64,000 nt of DNA. Source: Patescibacteria group bacterium. GTDB taxonomy: Bacteria > Patescibacteriota > Patescibacteriia > SG8-24. Made by a program: the position numbers and the translations under genes. Under the pieces are notes generated by a model. That model was not told where the DNA came from. It ran no database searches and saw nothing but the letters and a program-made list of their open reading frames with translations. The stretch spans positions 9,285-73,284 of the forward strand of contig JBAYFM010000005.1 in NCBI GenBank assembly GCA_041667185.1. The letters are read 5' to 3'. This document shows, one piece after another, positions 58,474-64,000 of this stretch (within the stretch, counting starts at the first letter, position 1; every line of letters starts with the position of its first letter).

Positions 58474-59535
58474 CTAGAAGAAACCGTGATCGACCATGGC
58501 AATGACCAGGCCGCTCACGGCCGAGACGCCGGCGATGATCCAGAACCGCATGACCACTTTGGGTTCGGTCCAGCCGATGGCCTCGAAATGATGATGGATG
58601 GGAGTGGAGAGAAAGACTTTCTTGTGGCGGATCTTCTTCGAGATCATCTGGATGATGACGGAGACGGACTCGACCACGAAGACCAGGCCGATGACCGGCA
58701 GGAGCAGCGCTGAATTCGTGAGCATGGCCACGACGCCGAGCGTGATACCGAGCGCCATGGCGCCGGTGTCGCCCATGAAGAAGCGCGCCGGATTGATATT
58801 GAACCATAGGAAAGCCAGCAGGCCGCCGGCGATGACGCCGCAAAAAGTGGCGAGATCGGTCTTGCCCTGCAGGAAAGCGATGGCGCCGAAAGCCGCGTAA
58901 CTCGAAAGCAGCACGCCGCCGGCCAGGCCGTCGAGGCCGTCGGTCTCATTGACCGAGAACGACGTGGCCACGAGCACCAGGATGAAGAACGGGATGTACC
59001 ACCAGCCGATGTTGAAGTCGCCGACGAACGGCACGCGCAGCAGATCCCACTCCAGCTTGTAATAGAACCACCAGGCGCCAACGGCGGCGATGGCGGTGTA
59101 GAGCAGCAGCCGATGCCGCATCCGGAGTCCGCCGCCGTGCGGCCCGATGCGCCGGACGTTATAATAATCGTCCACGAGCCCGACGAGCGCCGAAGCCAGG
59201 AGCGCGCCGACCGGCAGCAGCGTCTGTTCGCGCGAGAAGAAATCCAGCCGCGCCAGCATCGGCGAACCGGTGAGCTGCGCGCCGAAATGGAAGACCAGCA
59301 TGACCGCGCACGTGGTCGCCCAGATCAGGATGCCGCCCATGGTCGGCGTCCCCCGCTTGGCCTCGTGCAACTTGGCGAAAATGGGAGCCGAACCGTCGTC
59401 ACGGATCTGCTTGCCCAGTTTGTATCTGTATAAAAAATGGGTCAGAAGCGGCGTCCAGAGCACGGCGACGATGAATGACAACGAAGACAGCAGGAAGACC
59501 TTGATGACGCTGAAAAGTAGCATAGGGGCGAACAA
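58474..59535 (-). CDS. mraY: phospho-N-acetylmuramoyl-pentapeptide transferase
   Basis: Ten TM segments. GTPTMGG. DDxxN and HHH motifs typical of MraY. Confidence 0.9.
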   Translation of the reverse strand: MFAPMLLFSVIKVFLLSSLSFIVAVLWTPLLTHFLYRYKLGKQIRDDGSAPIFAKLHEAKRGTPTMGGILIWATTCAVMLVFHFGAQLTGSPMLARLDFFSREQTLLPVGALLASALVGLVDDYYNVRRIGPHGGGLRMRHRLLLYTAIAAVGAWWFYYKLEWDLLRVPFVGDFNIGWWYIPFFILVLVATSFSVNETDGLDGLAGGVLLSSYAAFGAIAFLQGKTDLATFCGVIAGGLLAFLWFNINPARFFMGDTGAMALGITLGVVAMLTNSALLLPVIGLVFVVESVSVIIQMISKKIRHKKVFLSTPIHHHFEAIGWTEPKVVMRFWIIAGVSAVSGLVIAMVDHGFF

Positions 59536-59545
59536 CCGAAGCGGA

Positions 59546-59926
59546 TCAACCGTTGATCCTGATGACTAAAAACGACGCGGCCGCGAGCATGGCTTCGATG
59601 GCGAGCGTGGCCGTCCAGATCAAGTGGCCATACAGACGGTGCTTCTTGGCCAGTATACCCGAGAACAGAGCGTTGCTGAAGAAAACCATGACGCCCAGGC
59701 CCGGAAAGATGAAAATCTTCCACCACTCCGCCACCCAGTCAACGCCGAGCTCGGCGGTGTAATGCAGGCGCAGGAAATCCAGCTGGCCGAAACGCGGCAG
59801 CAAAAAAACGAGGACCAGGACGAAATTGACGGCCAGCAAAATACCCGCGGCCGCGGTTAACGCCAAACCGCTCCGGCCATTGATTCCGAACGCCACGCCG
59901 AGGTTGTTTGTATCGTTCCGAGGCAT
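59546..59926 (-). CDS. small hypothetical membrane protein
   Basis: 126 aa, three hydrophobic helices, immediately upstream of mraY. Confidence 0.5.
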   Translation of the reverse strand: MPRNDTNNLGVAFGINGRSGLALTAAAGILLAVNFVLVLVFLLPRFGQLDFLRLHYTAELGVDWVAEWWKIFIFPGLGVMVFFSNALFSGILAKKHRLYGHLIWTATLAIEAMLAAASFLVIRING

Positions 59927-60061
59927 AAGTTAAGCAGCCCAAGAGTATCATCGCCTGAAAGACCAGACAAGGGCGACAGTCTGCGCGGGAGGAGCCAAAA
60001 CATCGCCCTCTTAAATATGTATACAGCCAGACCATCGATATGGTAAAATATCCATATCCCT

Positions 60062-61807
60062 ATGCTTAATAATGAGTTATTAAAGAAGATCTTGCGGGAG
60101 ACCGGGACTTTCGACGCCCGGGGCCTCGCCGACCTTCTTTCCGAAGCGAAAACAGCCGATCCCGACATGCCGTTCGAAACCTTCCTGCTGAAGGTCAAAA
60201 AGATGCCGGAAGAGATGCTTTACCGCATCGCCGCGCAATATTACAAACTGCCGTTCATCAACCTGCGCGACATTCCCATCCGGCAGGACATCCTTTTCCT
60301 GATCCCCGAACCGATCGCCATCTCCCACAAGATCGTCGCTTTCGAAAAGACCGCCGACGAACTGCGCGTCGCCACGCTCGAACCGACCGACCTGCAGACT
60401 TTCGAATTCCTGCGCCGCAAAGCCAATCTGCGGATCAAAGTCTATTTCACCACGCCCTCGTCCATCGACGAGTCGATGAAACAGTACCGCCAGAGCCTCA
60501 GCGCCGAACTCGGCGCGCTCACCCAGGTCCCGAAAAAGGAAGGCGAGGGATCGTCGGTGGAAGAAGAGAAAGAACTTTCCAAACTCGCCGAAGACATCCC
60601 GATCGTGCGCGTCGTCGATTCCATCCTCGAACATGCGATCCTCGAAGGCGCTTCCGACATCCACATCGAACCGACCGAAACCGAGGTCGTGGTCCGCTTC
60701 CGCGTCGACGGCGTGCTCCGGCCGGTCATGACCTTCCCGCGGCTCGTCGCCTCCGGCATCGTGGCCCGCATCAAGATCCTCTCGAACCTGAAACTCGACG
60801 AACACCGCCTGCCGCAGGACGGTCGCTTCAAGATCGAAGGCAAGAGCTACAAGTTCTCGATGCGCGTCTCGATCCTGCCGGTCATCGACGGCGAGAAGAT
60901 CGTCATGCGCCTCCTGGCCGAGACCGCGACCGCGCTCACGCTCGACCAGCTCGGCTTCCAACCCAAGGCCAAAGCGATCGTCGCGCGCAACATCAAGAAG
61001 CCGCACGGCATCATCTTCGTCACCGGCCCGACCGGTTCGGGCAAATCCACGACGCTCTACTCGATCCTGGGCATCCTCAACACGCCGAAGGTCAACATCT
61101 CCACCATCGAAGACCCGGTCGAGTACCGCATGGCCGGCGTGAACCAGAGCCAGGTCAACCCGCGCATCGGCTTCACTTTCGCCGGCGGCCTGCGCGCTCT
61201 CCTGCGCCAGGACCCGAACGTCATCATGGTCGGCGAGGTCCGCGACGAAGAGACCGCCAGCATCGCCGTCCAGGCCGCCATGACCGGCCACCTCGTGCTC
61301 GGCACCCTCCACACGAATGACGCCGCCACCGCTCTCCCCCGTCTCATCGACATGCACGTCCCGGCCTTTCTCATCGGCTTCACCGCCAACATGATCGTCG
61401 GCCAACGGCTCGTCCGCAAGATCTGTCCCGGCTGCGTCCGCTCCTACAAGATGCCGCCCCACGCCATCGAGCAGCTGCGCGAGCAGATCAAGATCGACTC
61501 CATCTGGAAAACGCTGCAGCGCGAAGAGGTCATCGGCAAAGACCAGAAGATCGAAGACACGACATTCTGGCGCGGTTCGGGTTGCGCCCAGTGCGGCCAC
61601 GAGGGCTATAAAGGACGCCTCGGCATCTACGAGGTTCTCGAGGTCACCACAGACATCGCCAAACTCATCGGCGCCTCGGCGAGCGCCGACGAGATCCTGA
61701 CCGCGGCCGTCAAAGGCGGCATGATCAGCATGATCGAGGACGGTTTCATGAAGGCGGTCAAAGCCATGACCACGATCGAGGAAATCCTCCGCGTAACCAA
61801 AGACTAG
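60062..61807 (+). CDS. pilB: type IV pilus assembly ATPase PilB / GspE family
   Basis: GspE N-domain. Walker A GPTGSGKSTTLYS. Asp box. His box GHLVLGTLHTNDAA. Zn-finger-like CPGC...CAQC. Confidence 0.85.
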   Translation: MLNNELLKKILRETGTFDARGLADLLSEAKTADPDMPFETFLLKVKKMPEEMLYRIAAQYYKLPFINLRDIPIRQDILFLIPEPIAISHKIVAFEKTADELRVATLEPTDLQTFEFLRRKANLRIKVYFTTPSSIDESMKQYRQSLSAELGALTQVPKKEGEGSSVEEEKELSKLAEDIPIVRVVDSILEHAILEGASDIHIEPTETEVVVRFRVDGVLRPVMTFPRLVASGIVARIKILSNLKLDEHRLPQDGRFKIEGKSYKFSMRVSILPVIDGEKIVMRLLAETATALTLDQLGFQPKAKAIVARNIKKPHGIIFVTGPTGSGKSTTLYSILGILNTPKVNISTIEDPVEYRMAGVNQSQVNPRIGFTFAGGLRALLRQDPNVIMVGEVRDEETASIAVQAAMTGHLVLGTLHTNDAATALPRLIDMHVPAFLIGFTANMIVGQRLVRKICPGCVRSYKMPPHAIEQLREQIKIDSIWKTLQREEVIGKDQKIEDTTFWRGSGCAQCGHEGYKGRLGIYEVLEVTTDIAKLIGASASADEILTAAVKGGMISMIEDGFMKAVKAMTTIEEILRVTKD

Positions 61808-61808
61808 T

Positions 61809-62903
61809 GTGCCAAGCCTCTCCGAACGAGTGGACCAGTTCCTGCTCAAGCACCAATCCATCCCGCTGACCCAGAAGGTGTTCTTCACCGAAAACTTGCG
61901 GGTCATGATCAAGGCCGGCCTGTCCATGACCGAATCCCTGAACACGCTGGCGCTCCAGGCCGAATCCAAATTCTTCCAGAAGATCATTCGCCTCATCAAA
62001 GACGAAGTGGAGGGCGGCAAACTGATGTCCGCGGGGTTGGCGAAATTCCCCGGCGTCTTCCCGCCGGTCTTCGTCAGCATGATCCAGATCGGCGAGGTCT
62101 CCGGCACGCTCGACGAAGTGCTGAACGAACTCACCATGCAGATGAAGAAGGATTATAACCTACGCTCCAAGGTCAAGGGCGCTATGACCTACCCGATCGT
62201 CATCCTCGTCGCCATGTCGGGCATCACCGGCGGCCTCCTGGTCTTCGTGCTACCGAAACTCATCGGCATCTTCAAGGAATTCGGCGACGTCCAGCTCCCG
62301 CTCGCCACGCGCATCCTCATCTGGATCAGCGATTTCACGCAGGTCAACGGCCTCTGGGTGCTGATCGGCTTCATCGCCCTGGCGATCTCGTTCGTCGTCT
62401 TCGCGCGGACCACCCAGGGACGCTCGCTCATCCACATGATGATCATCTCCATGCCGATCATCGGACCGATCGCCAAAAAAGTTAATCTGGCCCGCTTCTC
62501 CCGCACCCTCTCAGGCCTGCTCAAGACCGACATCCCGGTCGTCCAGTCGCTCACCGTCACTTCGGACGTGCTCGGCAATGTCCATTACCGGGCGTCGCTC
62601 CTGGAAGCGGCCGAACACATCAAGACCGGCGAAACCATTTCCCGCAGCCTCAGCGCCCACCCCAAACTCTACCCGCCGCTCGTCATCCAGATGATCATGG
62701 TCGGCGAACGCTCCGGCAACGTCGACTCGCTCCTGGCCGAGATCGCCGAATTCTACGAGCAGCAGGTCGACAACATCCTGAACAACCTGTCGTCCATCAT
62801 CGAACCGATCCTCATCCTGATGCTCGGCGGCATGGTCGGCGGTATCGCTCTCGCCGTGATCACGCCGATGTACTCGCTGACCCAGGCCGTGGCCGAACAA
62901 TAA
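61809..62903 (+). CDS. pilC: type IV pilus inner-membrane platform protein PilC / GspF family
   Basis: Two GspF-like repeats, three TM segments, follows pilB. Confidence 0.8.
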   Translation: MPSLSERVDQFLLKHQSIPLTQKVFFTENLRVMIKAGLSMTESLNTLALQAESKFFQKIIRLIKDEVEGGKLMSAGLAKFPGVFPPVFVSMIQIGEVSGTLDEVLNELTMQMKKDYNLRSKVKGAMTYPIVILVAMSGITGGLLVFVLPKLIGIFKEFGDVQLPLATRILIWISDFTQVNGLWVLIGFIALAISFVVFARTTQGRSLIHMMIISMPIIGPIAKKVNLARFSRTLSGLLKTDIPVVQSLTVTSDVLGNVHYRASLLEAAEHIKTGETISRSLSAHPKLYPPLVIQMIMVGERSGNVDSLLAEIAEFYEQQVDNILNNLSSIIEPILILMLGGMVGGIALAVITPMYSLTQAVAEQ

Positions 62904-62915
62904 AACGACAGTCTC

Positions 62916-63884
62916 ATGAAACTCTATCGACTCCCCGGCCGCTCCCGGCTCGCCGGGTTCACTCTGGCAGAGGTCCTGATCACGATCATGGTCGTGGCCG
63001 TGCTTTTGACGGTCTACACGACCATGCTTACCGGCTCGTTCTTTTTGCGCCGGTCGCAATACAACACCCAAGCCGCCAACTTCATCCAGGAAGAGATCGA
63101 CACCCTGCGCGTCCTGCCGTACGCCGAACTGCTGACGCGGACCAACGGCAATTTCCTCGGCGTGGCCCTGCAGCGCGGCGCCTGGAAAGTCGTGGACGAC
63201 GGCGGACGACGGCTGGCCCTCACGACCGCGGCTCCGGCGCTGGGAGATGAGACCGGCCTCGCGCTCGTCCCAGGCAATTATCGCGACGACTTCACGTTCA
63301 GCGCCCAGATCAAGGTACCGACGGCGGCCGCGAGCGGCGGCAGCGCCGGGATCGCTTTCCGCTACCGCGACGCGGAGAATCATTACCGGTTCCGTTTCAG
63401 TTACACCACCCCGACCGGACTCGCGCTCGACAAGGTCTATCACGGCGTCGCCACGACCGTCTGGTCCTCAGCCAAAGCTTTCAGCAAAGATACCTGGTAC
63501 ACCCTGCAGGTCAGCGCCGCGGGCAATATCATCACCGTGACCCAGGGAGCCACGACGACAACCTATACCGACGCGAGCAACCCGCTGCTCACAGGCGATC
63601 TGGCGCTGATCTCCCGGAGCGGAGCCATCGCGAGCTATGACGATGTTTCCGTGACCGAGAACGCCGCCACGACCGTCTGGAACTTCAACGCTGACGCCCT
63701 GAATCTCCTGCCCAAGGCCTGGCAGCGCCTGAGCTATGCCGACCTGACCGGCGGCACCGGCACACTGACCATCGAGGACTACCTGGGCGAAACCAGCATG
63801 AAAAAAGCGACCGTAACGATCTCCTGGAGCGACGCCGGCAAAACGCGGCATGCCACCGGCTCAACCCTGATCGGCAGCAACTGA
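62916..63884 (+). CDS. prepilin-type N-terminal methylation domain protein (large pseudopilin/minor pilin-like)
   Basis: AGFTLAEVLITIMVVAVLL prepilin motif. 322 aa. Confidence 0.65.
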   Translation: MKLYRLPGRSRLAGFTLAEVLITIMVVAVLLTVYTTMLTGSFFLRRSQYNTQAANFIQEEIDTLRVLPYAELLTRTNGNFLGVALQRGAWKVVDDGGRRLALTTAAPALGDETGLALVPGNYRDDFTFSAQIKVPTAAASGGSAGIAFRYRDAENHYRFRFSYTTPTGLALDKVYHGVATTVWSSAKAFSKDTWYTLQVSAAGNIITVTQGATTTTYTDASNPLLTGDLALISRSGAIASYDDVSVTENAATTVWNFNADALNLLPKAWQRLSYADLTGGTGTLTIEDYLGETSMKKATVTISWSDAGKTRHATGSTLIGSN

Positions 63885-63886
63885 TA

Positions 63887-64000
63887 TGCGCGCTTACTCC
63901 CCCCTCCGGCCGCGGCGGTCAGCCGGCGTCTCTCTCATGGAGACGATCGTGGTCGTCGGCGTCATGGCGCTCATCATGCTGATCATCTCGCAGATCTTCG
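63887..64000 (+). CDS. second prepilin-type protein (3' end outside window)
   Basis: MRAYSPLRPRRSAGVSLMETIVVVGVMALIML prepilin cleavage/methylation motif. Confidence 0.5.

Overview
This is a high-GC (~64-65%), densely packed bacterial chromosomal window with many short gene overlaps. Most of it is housekeeping content: uppS, a P-type ATPase, an ABC-F ATPase, a sensor histidine kinase, tpiA-M16 peptidase-glyQS, frr, holB, murD, a mraY-lon-ftsW-murG block, arfB, rpmG, udk, tspO, a type IV pilus pilB-pilC-pilin cluster, and tRNA-Trp, -Thr(x2), -Tyr and -Lys. The unusual parts are as follows. (1) A dispersed family of composite inverted-repeat elements is present at seven or more intergenic sites and brackets two small gene cassettes. 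(2) One bracketed cassette is an orphan island with strong sigma70-like promoters and a frameshifted duplicated small ORF. (3) The other is a gene for a membrane protein made of about 25 tandem GLVY-type tetrapeptide repeats. (4) Both tRNA loci carry rearrangement scars: att-like direct repeats of the tRNA-Lys 3' end, TA-flanked structured inserts inside partial 5' copies of tRNA-Thr and tRNA-Lys, 73-bp tandem dumbbell repeats, and duplicated inter-tRNA spacers. (5) A three-gene module encodes a covalently flavinylated FMN-binding protein, ApbE and a membrane protein. (6) A tandem GGDEF-like protein sits among coiled-coil orphans next to tRNA-Lys. No integrase, transposase or CRISPR array is visible. 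Many listed ORFs are antisense or repeat-translation artefacts.
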